A stretch of 64,000 nucleotides of DNA, from positions 448,001 through 512,000 of the forward strand of contig CAWFOU010000001.1 of NCBI GenBank assembly GCA_963817525.1, given 5' to 3'. The notes below the pieces were generated by a model, which worked only from the letters and a program-made list of their open reading frames with translations, was not told the origin of the DNA and searched no databases. The number at the start of each line of letters is the position of its first letter. Position 1 is the stretch's first letter. Positions 38,224-49,700 of this stretch are shown in pieces. Position numbers and translations under genes: made by a program. Origin of the DNA: an uncultured archaeon. GTDB taxonomy: Archaea > Thermoproteota > Nitrososphaeria > Nitrososphaerales > Gagatemarchaeaceae.

Positions 38224-38248
38224 ATTATGAGGCGATTATGAGGCGATT
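38224..38248. promoter_or_regulatory. 11-bp direct repeat (ATTATGAGGCG x2 plus partial) in the ftsZ / Zn-finger divergent promoter
   Basis: Directly visible; regulatory role is inferred. Confidence 0.45.
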
Positions 38249-38313
38249 GCCCCCTTCCGCCAGCCCGGGTGAGGCGCAAGGTTTTTCTATATACTCACTA
38301 TACAATACGTCGG

Positions 38314-38466
38314 ATGTCGCAACAGGGTAGAACCGAGCACGTTTGTGCTTTTTGCACGCTAGTGATACAAATCGGGTACGAAGAGCTCACCGACAACGAT
38401 GTCGCGAAGGTGGCGACCCACATGAGGATCGCCCACGGCTTGCAGCGATACGAGATCCAGGCCTGA
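38314..38466 (+). CDS. Small CxxC..H-x4-H zinc-finger protein (family member 1)
   Basis: CAFC ... HMRIAHGL..EIQA. Confidence 0.65.
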   Translation: MSQQGRTEHVCAFCTLVIQIGYEELTDNDVAKVATHMRIAHGLQRYEIQA

Positions 38467-38520
38467 GAGCATCCCAAGACGCCGTCTGCTGCGCCAACAA
38501 ACAAGTCTTTACAGGCTGAA

Positions 38521-38546
38521 ATAACGACGTCGATATCGATGTTGAT
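38521..38546. repeat. Dispersed (RTCGAY)n palindrome, copy 3 (degenerate)
   Basis: ATAACGACGTCGATATCGATGTTGAT. Confidence 0.65.
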
Positions 38547-38616
38547 GGATGTGGCCGGAGGCGTGGACCCGACCGATTCGTATTTCAACTAGCCAAGATA
38601 GCCCCGGGACACCAGG

Positions 38617-39371
38617 ATGTCAAAAGCCCCCAAGAGAGGAAAGCTCAGGAACCCCCCAAAGGGGCGCCGATACGCCTACATGGCGGTCGGGGCAATCCTG
38701 ATCGTGGCGATAGTTTCGGGGATCTACGTATACGGCGCGGGCCTCCAAGCAGCCAAGAGCAGCACCACTTCGGGAGGGTTCGCCAACCCGCCTTGCACGT
38801 CTTCTCTTCGACCAGTTCGACGAGCGGGGCCAACGGGACGTACGCCCTGATATGCACCAACCTGGGGTTGATCACAGTGCAGCTGTTCCCTGCCCAGGCT
38901 CCCAAGACGGTGGCTAACTTCGTCAGTCTGGCCAACTCGGGATTCTACGACGACCTCGTCTGGCACAGGATCGTCGCCGGCTTTGTGATACAGGTGGGCG
39001 ACCCCAACACAAAGAACGGAGGGGGCAACAGGACTACGTGGGGCCAGGGCACGTCGGGCACCAGCATCCCCTTCGAGAACAGCAGCCTCAGCAACACCAT
39101 CGGGACGATAGCTATGGCGAGCACCGGAGCAGGGTTGGGGGGAAGCTCGCAGTTCTATATCAACCTGGCCAACAACGCCGCCTCTCTCGACGGGAAGTAC
39201 GCCGTCTTTGGCCAAGTGGTGAGCGGGATGAGCGTGGTCGACGCCCTCGCGAAGGTCCCTCTCGTTGACACGACTTCGTGCGCTTCTGCCAGCCCTACCG
39301 CGACGGCCTGCGAGCCTGCAAGCGCTGCTTCAGCCTACATAGTCAGTGTCACGATCCAGAGCACCCCCTAA
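38617..39371 (+). CDS. Membrane-anchored cyclophilin PPIase, split by a frameshift near 38800
   Basis: TM segment in ORF 38617-38850; APKTVANF, WHRIVAGFVIQ.GDP, SQFYIN, LDGKYAVFG in ORF 38793-39371. Confidence 0.85.
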
Positions 39372-39406
39372 GCCGGTAAAGTGCTGTTCCGATAGAATCC
39401 TGTCGC

Positions 39407-40207
39407 TCAGACAACGAAGACGAGAACGCTGAGGAGCAGCGGCACGAAAGTGACCACCCAGAGCAACTTGCTCCAGCGGAACACCTTAGCCCCGTCAAGG
39501 GGCATGATCGGCACCATGTTGAACGTAGCAAGGAAGAGGTTTACGGGGAATCCAATGAGCCCGATGTCGTAAACAATCCCAGTTCCTACTGTTCTTACAA
39601 GTAAGAAGATAATCGCTATCACGACGTTCGTTGCGGGGCCCGCCAGCGAGATGATTCCGTACTGCCTGACGCTGACGTTGTTCCCCGAAATGTAGGTCGC
39701 CCCGGGAGCCGCAAAGATGAACCCGAGCGTGGAGGTGATGAGCGCCAGGACGATTCCCATCACCCAAATCCGGAACTCCGCCCAGTATCCATATCTCTCC
39801 GCCGTGAACTTGTGCATCAGCTCGTGGAGGACGAACCCGCTACCAACCGCAACGAACGAGACCACAAATAACAGCACAAGGCCGCCTGCCCCGAACACCG
39901 CGCCACCCAGTAGCCCGCCGCTATACGCGATCGTGAACGCAAGAGCGAGGGCTGCCCAAGCGACAAGGATGTCCCTGACTTCCTTTTGGGAGAAGAGGTA
40001 CGGGCTGCCAGGGGTGTGGCTCGAAGTGCCCGAGTAGATTGACCCGTCCCAAGACCGCGTAGTTGCTGGGTTCGCGACGATCCTCCTGGTCAGGTCCCCC
40101 CTGCACGCGTGCGCCTCGGGCAAGCGGTGCTCCGCGCAGAAGGTCCCCCCGCAGTAGTTGCAGGTGAAGGGAAGGTCTTCCTCCTTTCCGCAAAAGTCGC
40201 ACTTCAA
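39407..40207 (-). CDS. AN1-type zinc finger fused to site-2 (M50) intramembrane metalloprotease
   Basis: CDFC..PFTCNYCGGTFCAEHRLPEAHAC; HELMH; AGPATN; NMVPIMPLDG. Confidence 0.9.
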   Translation of the reverse strand: MKCDFCGKEEDLPFTCNYCGGTFCAEHRLPEAHACRGDLTRRIVANPATTRSWDGSIYSGTSSHTPGSPYLFSQKEVRDILVAWAALALAFTIAYSGGLLGGAVFGAGGLVLLFVVSFVAVGSGFVLHELMHKFTAERYGYWAEFRIWVMGIVLALITSTLGFIFAAPGATYISGNNVSVRQYGIISLAGPATNVVIAIIFLLVRTVGTGIVYDIGLIGFPVNLFLATFNMVPIMPLDGAKVFRWSKLLWVVTFVPLLLSVLVFVV

Positions 40208-40257
40208 TTAGTTAGCTGACGGGGCTTGCGGCATTATTTAATGATGATTCACTGCAT

Positions 40258-40470
40258 TCAGCGGATGCGCCTATAAGCGAGGACGCAGACCGCGATCACA
40301 GGGATGTACACCAATATCGCGTACGTGACGCTTAGTGGGTCGGAACCGAAGTCCGCTATTGGCGCGCCCGCGATCAATATCAGCACGAAGAGGAGGAGGA
40401 CTAACATAACGACAAGGATGGCCACTTTCACACCCTTCTTCTGCCCTGCAGTCAGTTCCTCGTTGCTCAA
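40258..40470 (-). CDS. Small two-TM membrane protein
   Basis: Two hydrophobic helices; abuts the upstream gene. Confidence 0.6.
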   Translation of the reverse strand: MSNEELTAGQKKGVKVAILVVMLVLLLFVLILIAGAPIADFGSDPLSVTYAILVYIPVIAVCVLAYRRIR

Positions 40471-41220
40471 CTAAGTAACACCTCCTGCGTTAGCCACCGC
40501 GATCATCACGTCCGCTATTATGGTCAGGAGCACCGCGACGAGCAAGATGGTCACAATTAGTCTGAAGGCGAACCTTGCCGACTTGGCGCCAGTGTTGTAA
40601 CTGTCCTTGAGGAATAGCCCCTCAATCCTACCGAGTATGGTCACAGGTCTCTTTTGAAGAATTGTGAAGTTGAAAAGCAAGTCATAGAAAAAGATGAGGC
40701 AGAACCATCCTACGAAGTTGTAGATTGGCACCCCGAGGATGTAAACGGACGGGTTGATCCACTGCCACAAGGTATTCGAGATGGCCACCGGGTCGATAAG
40801 GAGGTCTATGTTGACTGCCAAGAGCCCCGCGCAAGCTGCCTGCAAGAACGGGCTCCTACCGGGAAGGAGAACCTCGTGGAAGATCACGAAGAGAGAAAGT
40901 GCGACAATCACCCACCCGAGTTCGACCCAGAGAGGAACGCGTCCCACCCAGAAGATATAGCCAGGGTAATGCGGCCCGAACAGTCCGGCATAGGTGTAGT
41001 ATGTGTATGACCCTGCTATCACGCCCAGGTTCTCGATTATGGATGTCCAAAGGATGGAGCCTGCAAGGAAGTACGCGGCCTTCTCGTTGCCGTAGACCTT
41101 AGCGCCCGCGAACGCGACGATGCAGGCTATGACTATCGTCCCAAGCTCCGCCGTGACCGGAACATACCAGGGCAGCACAGCTAGGCGCATCCTCCTAGGC
41201 CAGATGACGCCACCTCCCAA
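40471..41220 (-). CDS. Carotenoid biosynthesis (CruF/DUF422-like) membrane protein
   Basis: E.LGV..G.Y.Y, VPL...LGW, DL.IDPVA, W.W and GVP..NF.GW. Confidence 0.7.
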   Translation of the reverse strand: MGGGVIWPRRMRLAVLPWYVPVTAELGTIVIACIVAFAGAKVYGNEKAAYFLAGSILWTSIIENLGVIAGSYTYYTYAGLFGPHYPGYIFWVGRVPLWVELGWVIVALSLFVIFHEVLLPGRSPFLQAACAGLLAVNIDLLIDPVAISNTLWQWINPSVYILGVPIYNFVGWFCLIFFYDLLFNFTILQKRPVTILGRIEGLFLKDSYNTGAKSARFAFRLIVTILLVAVLLTIIADVMIAVANAGGVT

Positions 41221-41374
41221 CGCACAAGAGTCATGGCCGGATTGACGTTTTTCGCTCTCGCTGACAACATTTTATGCCTTTCTTCGTGATTTTGCTAAGA
41301 TTCCTTGAAATTAGCATATAAAGTGAATGGAGCAGAAATCTATCCGTCGATTTCGGACTGGCACGGAGTCCATG

Positions 41375-41617
41375 TCACGCCTGGATCTCGTCCTTCAGTC
41401 CGTGGATCTTCTCCAGGTGCACTTTGAAAGTCGAGGTGTCCCTCTCCGTCATCCCCGCGAGGGTGGGGTAGAGGCCCAGCACGAACCAGCAGAAAGAGCA
41501 GCTCGTGCTCGACTGCGCCTTGGCGTGGACGTTCACCGAGTACGCCTTCCTTCCGCCCACGGATGCGTCTGTTGCGATTCTGTCGTTGTTCATGTCGCTT
41601 GCATCATCAATGAGCAT
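41375..41617 (-). CDS. Small CxxC..H-x4-H zinc-finger protein (family member 2)
   Basis: CSFCWFVL..YP.L.GMT.RDT.TF..HL...HGLK.EIQA. Confidence 0.7.
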   Translation of the reverse strand: MLIDDASDMNNDRIATDASVGGRKAYSVNVHAKAQSSTSCSFCWFVLGLYPTLAGMTERDTSTFKVHLEKIHGLKDEIQA

Positions 41618-41835
41618 TGGCGCGCTACTTCTGGATTCTAGCCGAAGACGGCATGAAGGTCGCCGGGATTTGTGGAATTCGCGAGGAGGTCAGGACTGGA
41701 TTTCGCTTCCATTGCGACCGGCAGCATACTCAAGGTTGGGCTTCTCGAACCAAATAATGGCGGGGCGCGGCGGCGTTCGAAGACGACGACAGTCTCGCGC
41801 TCTGGCGTATCCACAGCGGGAATCGTTGTAGGACG

Positions 41836-44800
41836 CTATGTGTGCTGGAACGTCATGAAGACGGCGTTCACATAGTCCGTGACCTCGATCGTATAGTAGC
41901 CCGCTGTGGCCGTCGGGACCGAGAAGGTGACGCCCGACGGGATATTGCCCGACGCGGTCGTAGTGAAGGTGGCCAGCGTCGTCATCTGTCCTTCCGAGTT
42001 TATCCAGCCTATTATCGCAGTGGAGCTGGCGTCGAAGTCGCACGGGGCCGTGCAGCTCACGGTGACCGTGGCTCCTGTCGAGCCCGCCGTCGGGGTCGTG
42101 TAGGCGTTTGACTCGGTGATTATACCATACGGGTAGGGGACCGTCTCTCCCATGAGGGTCCCGTCGCTGAATATGCCTGTGAGGGCGAAGTACGCCTCGA
42201 AGGGCGTCCCGTAGTTGTTGCCGAACGGCTGGGTCGTGGAGCCGAGGGCAGCCGTGGCGGCGAAGTAGATGGTCGTCGGGACGTCGTAAGCGAGCGTCAG
42301 GAACTGGCCCGTGATCGAAGTATACGCGTTCACGGTCGTCGAGCCGGGGTTCAGCCCGTCGATGATGTAGTAGTGGGCCTGAATGTAGCCTAGGTCGTAC
42401 GTGTTGCTCTCCTTGGAGCCTATGGCTATCTCGCTCTGCGGCCAGAGGGTGAGCGCGCGATGCTGCGAGTCCACGTTGGTGAAGGTCGCCTCCCAGACCA
42501 GCACCGCGCTCGCGGGCACCCCCATGGTGGGGTAGCCGCCCACCTGGATGCCGCTCTGTGGGTCGAAGGGCGTGCTGAACGACATCGAGGCCTCCACCCA
42601 GGGGGACGAGGTGCCAAGAGTTATCGGTATTGTGTTCGCCGAGCCTCCGTCAGTGTTCGACGAGTCGTACTCGCTGCACCCCTCCACCGAGGTGCACGTG
42701 CCGCCGAGCGTGAACCCGCTCCCGGCGGTGAAGGAGTTTGAACCGGCGATGCCCTCGGCGTTCCCGACGATGAACGAGTCGGTGGAGGGGGTGTAGGCGG
42801 TGACCGCGGCGCCCGTCGAACTCGTGGAGGAGCTTCCTGTCGACGACAGAAAGTTCGACGTTGTGTACCCGTTGATCTCGTAGATCGAGACGGAGCCGGC
42901 CACCGTAGAGCCGAACGCCGTCGTTATCGTGTCGGCGCCCGAGGTTGCGGCCGTGGCGTACCAGATGTACGAGTAGTAGTTGGTGACGATGGGGGAAAAG
43001 ACCACTGCCGCTTCGACCCAGGGTTCGGAGGGGCTGATGGACATCGGGACTGTGGTGGCCGTCCCCACGCCCGTCTGGTACTCCCCGCAACCGGTGACCG
43101 AGCTGCACGTCCCAGAGAGTGTGTAGCCGGTGCCCGCAGTGTAGACCGTGGAAGTAGTCTCCGCGTTACCGATCACCACGGAACCAGTGGTGGGGGTGAT
43201 CGACGTGACAGAAGCCGTCGACTGGCGCTCGTCGTGGAGCTCCCGGTGGAAGTGAGGAGGCCGGTCGGGGTCACCCCGCTTATCTCGTATATCGAAACAG
43301 CGCCTGCGACCGTAGAGCCGAACGAGGCCGTTATCGTATCGGCGCCAGAGCTTCCAGCGGTCGCGTAGTAGATGTACGAGTAGTACGTGTTGGTCGCGAG
43401 CGGCGTGAAGGACAGCGCGGCCTCCACCCACGGCTTCGACGCGCTCATCGTGAACGGGGTCGTGGTCGCCGAGCCCAGACCCAACTCGTACTCGCTGCAC
43501 CCCCCTGATGCGTCGCTTGCGTCGCAGCCCCCGCTCCCCGAGGCCACCGTGGTGTAGCCGCTGCCCACCGTGTACGTTGTCGTTGCAGCCCCCGTCTCCA
43601 CGTTGCCCACGACGAAGGAGTTCGAGTTAGGGGTGAACGAGCCCACGCTGGCCGCCGTCGAGCCGGCGGAGGAACTGCCCGTCGAGGAGAGAAGGCCAGA
43701 CGTCGAGTAGCCGGTGATCTCGTAAATGGATACTGAGCCTGACACTGCTCTGTTGAAGGTCGCCGTTATCGTGTTGGCGCCCGAGCTCGCCGCGGTGGCG
43801 TACCAGATGTAGGAATAGTAACGGGGGCCCGGACCCGAACGATATCGCCGATTCGACCCAGGACGGTGACGTCCCAAGGTTGGTCGAAACGGTCGTGGAG
43901 CCAGACGAGCCGGACTCGTACTCGCTGCACCCGTACACGTTGGTGCACGTCCCCACTAGGGTATAGCCCCCTCCGTTGCTGAAAGTCGTCGAGCCCGCAT
44001 CGGTCTCCGTGTTGCCGATGACCACGGAATTAGCGACTGGAGTGAAGGAGGTGACAGTCGCCGTGTTCGACCCGCCGCTCGAGCTGCCCGTGGAGGTTAG
44101 CAACCCAGCCGCGGTCGCCCCGCTGATCTCGTATATCGAGACCGAGCCGGTCACGGAGGAGCCGAAGGAGGCCGTGATCGTGTCCGAGCCAGAGCTAAGC
44201 GCGTTGGCGTACCAGACGTATGAGTAGTACGTGACCGAGGCGACCGTGACGGAGTTGGAGACCCCGAGGACGAAGGCGTCGCCGAGCGTGTCAGTGGGGG
44301 TCGACGGAGCAGCGACTCCATACCACCCTAGGCCGAAGACCAGCAAGTTCCCCTCGGTCACCGCGGAAGAGTAGCCCAAGCCGCACGAAGACGAGTTGCA
44401 GTTCGACGCGTATTTGTGCTGGACGACCGTGGGCGTGCCAGCGCTCCCAGAGACGGACTGCGATGCCCCAATGGAGTAGGCATCGCCGAGGGTGTCAGTC
44501 ACCGTGGGGACGCCGCTCCCAGAGGACGTGCTGCCCAGCGAGGTCGATGGCATCACGCCGCTTGGCGGGTAGGCCCACGCTCGCATGAAGTTGTAGTATA
44601 TCGTGACCGAGTAGCCGTTCGAGGTGTATGATATCTGTCCTAGGTACAGGTGCGTGGCGCTGCTCATCGGGTTGCTGGTGACAGTGCCCGAGTCTCCCCC
44701 GGTCGCCGAGTAGAGCTGTGGCGCTATGTACGCGCTCCACGATGACGCGCCGGAGCCCGTGTAGGTCAAGGTGGCGTACAGCCAGCTCGAAGTGGCCGTA

Positions 44801-46689
44801 CCAGCTGCATTGGTGTCTTCTGTCGCCGTGCCGCCGCTGATGTAGTCTTGGTCGAAGTAGGCTTCACCGTACCCGCAGTTTCCGCTGATCGCGTCGTTGA
44901 CGCTGGATGCCGCCACGTTGTTGGCCAGTCCGACCGCCCCGGTGTCCGTACCCGTGTACGGGGAGTTCTCCGTGCACCCAGGGGACGAGAAGCTCGTCTC
45001 GGCGACAAGGCCGGCGTTGCTCATCGCCGTAGCGAAGACGAACGCGGGATTCGCCCCGTTGTAGCCAGTCAGCTTCAGAGCGTTGATGGTGGTTCCTCCC
45101 GGCCCGCCCACGCCCGTAGACTGCGAGAGCGTGTACCCGCTGTAGATCGAGAAGCTCGAGGTCGCCGTGTTCCCGTCGAAGTACGCGGTGAAGACGTTGG
45201 CCCCGTTGTCGTACTGGGCGTAGGTGGCGCTGAGCTGCGGCGCCTCGCCCCAGTAGTTGCCGTCGAAGTTCCCTGAGGTCCCCTCGAAGACCATGTATAT
45301 CGTGAGCGTCCCTCCGCTCGCCCCGATCGACAAGGTCAGCTTGACCCACGCCGTGGCCGAGGTCGATGTGGACCCGGCCGAACTGCACGTGTTCGAACAG
45401 GACTCCAACCAAGAGTAGAGAGGCGTGACGCATTGGCTGTCGGCACAGAACCTGACGTTGCCCAGGTTGGTCGCCTCGTAAGAGGAGTAGGTGGCCGGGT
45501 CCCACGTCACCATCTGCTGGAAGGGGTTCGGGGTGGCGGACGACTGGCTGTTGGTTATCGTTATCGGCACGTAGCTGTACTGTTGACTGGACGGCCAGCC
45601 GAGGCCGAGGACCAGCGTGTTGCCGGCAGTGACCGACGACGAGTACGCCAGCGAGCACGTCGAGGAGCTGCAGTCGGAGAGATACCTGTGCTGGACCACG
45701 GAGGGTGTGTTAGGGGTTATTGTCAAGGACTGCGACGCACCGAGAGTGAAAGTGTCCCCGCGGGTGTCGGTCGGGGCGGAAGGGGGGCTCTGGTTGGCCC
45801 ACCCGACGGCATACACCAGCGTGTGTCCCGCTGCGACGTTCGACGAGAAGGCCAGCCCGCAAGACACTGCGTTGCAGTTCGAGGTATACTTGTCCTGTAC
45901 CAGGGCGGGGGTCGAAGCTTCCGCCACCGATGACGAAACGCCTAGCTTGAACACGTCGCCGCGGGTGTCGGTGGGCACTCCCGAGGGCGGCGCGTTGCTT
46001 CCCCAGCCCACCGCGTCGACCAATATGTTCCCTGCCGTCACCGAGGAGGAGTATGCGAGTGCGCAGTTAGCTGAGTTGCAGTTGGCGACGTAGTTCTTCT
46101 GCACTAGAGAGGAGGCCTCAGGGAGCAGCTGCACCCACTTTAGGTTGTCGAGGTTGACCGACACGGCCTGGGTAGACCCGGTGTCGGAGGCCGGCTCGGG
46201 GTAGGTCTGAGTATAGGTGTTCCCGCGCGCCGTGAGCACCTTCAGGGTGTCCGTCGTCCCAGGAGTGTAGACATATCCGGTGTCGATGGTGGAAGACCCC
46301 TTGCCGGCATCGATTGTCTCCCACAGGGTGGGAGTGGAGTTGGTGCACCCGGACCCCGCCGGGAACCCGACCCCGTCGCACTTTAGCAGGGCGCCCGTCG
46401 AGGAGAGGACGAGGACTGCGGTCATGTTTACAGTGATCGAAGAGGTATCGTTTGCGAAGAACCCGACGTCTCCGTCGACCTCGAGAAGGGTGGTGACGGT
46501 GAGGCTCTCGGTCTGCCTTCCCTGGATCTTGTTAGCCGCGGCGAGCAGGCTCGTGGAGTACGCCGCGTTCTGCGAGTTCACATAGATGTAGTATGACGTC
46601 CCGACCGAGAACATTATCGCGAATATGATGACGATGGCGACGATGCCCGCTATCCCTCGCCTGCCTTTCCCCCTGCGCCCCATCTTCAT
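41836..46689 (-). CDS. Giant pilin-like adhesin paralog B (~1600 aa), broken by two frameshifts (~43825, ~43222)
   Basis: Class III signal RRG|IAGIVAIV; collinear with the 1817-aa paralog across ORFs 43627-46689, 43173-43877 and 41836-43500. Confidence 0.85.
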
Positions 46690-46719
46690 CTTTGGTCACT
46701 CGTCCCCCTCGCAGGCCCG

Positions 46720-49700
46720 CTACGTGTGCTGGAACGTCATGAAGACCGAGTTGGTGTAGTCGGTCACCACGATAGTGTAGTAGCCCGCCGTGGCCGTGGG
46801 GACCGAGAAGGTGACGCCCGAGGGTATGTTGCCCGACGCGGTCATCGTAAAGGTGGTCAATGCCGTCATCTGCCCCGCAGAGTTTATCCACCCGACCTCC
46901 CCCTTCGCGTTGTCGGTGAAGTCGCACGGCGAAGTGCAGCTCACCGTGACCGTAGCGCTGGTGGAGCCCACCGTAGGGGTAGTGTATGCGTTCGCGTCGG
47001 TGATTATTCCGTAGGGATACGGGATGGTCTCCCCGAACAATGTCCCGTCGCTCATTATGCCGGAGAGGGCGAAGTACGCCTCGAAGGGCGTGAGGACGTT
47101 GGTCCCGAACGCCTGGGTCGTGGAGCCGAGCGCCGCAGTGGAGGCGAAGTAGAGGGTCGTCGGGACGTTGTAAGCTAGCGTGATGAAGGCGCTGGTCGAA
47201 TATGCGTTCACGGTCGTCGACCCCGAGTTCAGCCCGGAGATGAGGTAGTAGTGGGCCTGTGTGTAATCGATGTCGAACCCGTCGAACTCGGCAGAGCCGA
47301 TTGCCATCTCTGTCTGCGGCCAGATCGTGATGGCCCTGTGCAGCGGGTCGACGTTTGTGAACGTCACCTCCCATACGATGTCGGCGCCGCTCGGCACTCC
47401 CATGGTGGGGTAGCCGCCCACCTGGATGCCGCTCTGAGGGTTGAAGGGCGTGCTGAACGACATCGAGGCTTCCACCCAGGGGCTCGAGACGCTCAAGGTG
47501 ATCGGGACGGTGTTTGCCGCGCCGCCGTCGGTATTCGACGAGTCGTACTCGCTGCACCCCTCCACCGAGGTACAGGTGCCTGCGATCGTGAACCCGGTCG
47601 ACGCCGTGTAGTGCGTGGTCGCCGATACGGCCTCAGCGTTCCCGACGATGAAGGAGTCTGTGGCTGGCGTGTAGGAGGTTACCGCAGCGGTCGTTGAGCC
47701 CGTGGACGAGCTGCCCGTCGATGAGAGCGCCCCCGAGGTCGTGTACCCGTTGATCTCGTAGATCGAGACGGAGCCGGCCACCGTAGAGCCGAACGCCGTC
47801 GTTATCGTGTCGGCGCCCGAGGTTGCGGCCGTGGCGTACCAGATGTACGAGTAGTAGTTGGTGACGATGGGGGAAAAGACCACTGCCGCTTCGACCCAGG
47901 GTTCGGAGGGGCTGATGGACATCGGGACTGTGGTGGCCGTCCCCACGCCCGTCTGGTACTCCCCGCAACCGGTGACCGAGCTGCACGTCCCAGAGAGTGT
48001 GTAGCCGGTGCCCGCCGTGTAGGTGGTAGAGGGGGTCTCGGAATTCCCTATCACCACCGAGCCGGCCAGGTTCGGAGTCACAGACGAGACAGAGGTGCTC
48101 GCCTGGGCGGACGATGAGCCGCCGGTCGAGGTGAGAAGCCCCGTCGCGGTCACCCCGCTTATCTCGTATATCGAGACGGAGCCCGCGACAGTGCTGCCGA
48201 AGGATGCGGAGATCGTGTCTGCGCCCGAGCTCCCCGCGGTCGCGTAGTAGATGTAGGAGTAATACGTGCTAGCGGGCAGAGGAGAGAAGGACAAGGCGAC
48301 ATCCACCCAGGGAGTCGAGGCGCTGAGCGTGAAGGGCGTGGTGGTGGCCGAGCCGAGCCCTGCCTCGTACTCGCCGCAACCCTGCACTGAGCTGCAGGTA
48401 CCGGAGAGGGTGTAGCCGCTGCCGACGGTGAAGGTGGTGGTCGCCGAGCCGGCCTCGACGTTGCCAACCACAAAAGAGTTGGAATTGGGTGTGAATGAGC
48501 CCACGCTCGCGGACGTCGAACCCGCAGACGAGCTCCCGGTTGAGGAGAGCGTTGCCGAGGTAGTCGCCCCGTTGACCTCGTAGATCGATACTGTGCCCTG
48601 CACCGGGACCGAGTAGGCCGCGGTTATCGTGTCCGCGCCCGAGCTCCCCGCGGTCGCGTAGTAGATGTAGGAGTAGTATGTTGTAGTCGAAGGCTCGAAA
48701 GTCATCGCGCTCTCGACCCATGTGGCAGACGGGCTCATCGACATCGAGACCGTCGTTGCAGAGCCTACCCCCGTCTCGTATTCGCCGCATCCGTAGACCG
48801 AGCTACAGGTGCCGGCGAGCGTATACCCCGAACCCGCCGTGAACGTCGTCGAGGCCGTCTCGGTGTCGCCGATGACCACAGAGCTGGAGCTCGGGGTGAT
48901 GGAGGAGACTGATGAAGTCGCCCCAGCCGTGGACGAGCTTCCAAACGATGTGAGCGCGGGCGCAACGCCGCTGATCTCGTATATGGATACCGAGGCCGTA
49001 ACCGTGGAGCCAAAGCTGGCGGTTATCGTGTCCGCCCCTGAGCTGGCCGCGGCGGCGTACCAGATGTAAGAGTAGTACGTCGTGGCCGCCGTGACTGCGT
49101 CGGTCACCTCCGCCCCGTACGTATTGCTGCCGCCGCACGAGGTGGCCAGGTTCGACTGGGTGGAGGTCACAGTATTGTAGGCAACATACTCGTCGATCGT
49201 GTAGCCGCCGTTGGATTCCACCGACGTCCAGCCGTTGGGATTGCCCCCGGCATAGGCCGAGCAGGCGTAGATCAGTATGTCGTTCGCGTTCGAGGTGGAC
49301 ATCGTCGTGGAGGGGTTGCTGGTCGCCGCGTCGGTCGCGGGGACCGAGCCGTTCGGGTCGAACGGGCTGGCCGTGTTGGCCCCGCTTATCCCGAAGACCG
49401 TCATCCAGACCTCCTCGTTAGCCGTTCCGGAGAGCGTCGCGGTTATCGTGGCGGAGCTAAGGGTGGAAGACGCCACCGCGTACCACTCGTCCACGTTCTG
49501 GTAGTACTGGGCGCCCTCCTCGACGGCGCCGGTCTCCCTGCTGTGCCAGGTGAGCCCCCCTCCGGACATGCTAGAGACCGTCGGGGGACTGGTCGGCTCC
49601 TGAGTGACCGGGCTTATGTACGCGATTATGATGTCGTTCGCATGGCTCGTCGTGAGGGTCGTGGCTATGGAAGCGGCGCTCCCCGACTCTGCGGAGTTAG

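Noticed and set aside
38790-38815. Programmed frameshift in the cyclophilin gene
   Set aside because: No slippery heptamer; one added base restores the frame. Similar single-base homopolymer losses explain the moaB start (~2605) and the ORF at ~36880, pointing to sequencing error
42863-48015. DGR template/variable repeat pair
   Set aside because: The copies are identical rather than adenine-mutated, both are coding, and there is no reverse transcriptase in the window
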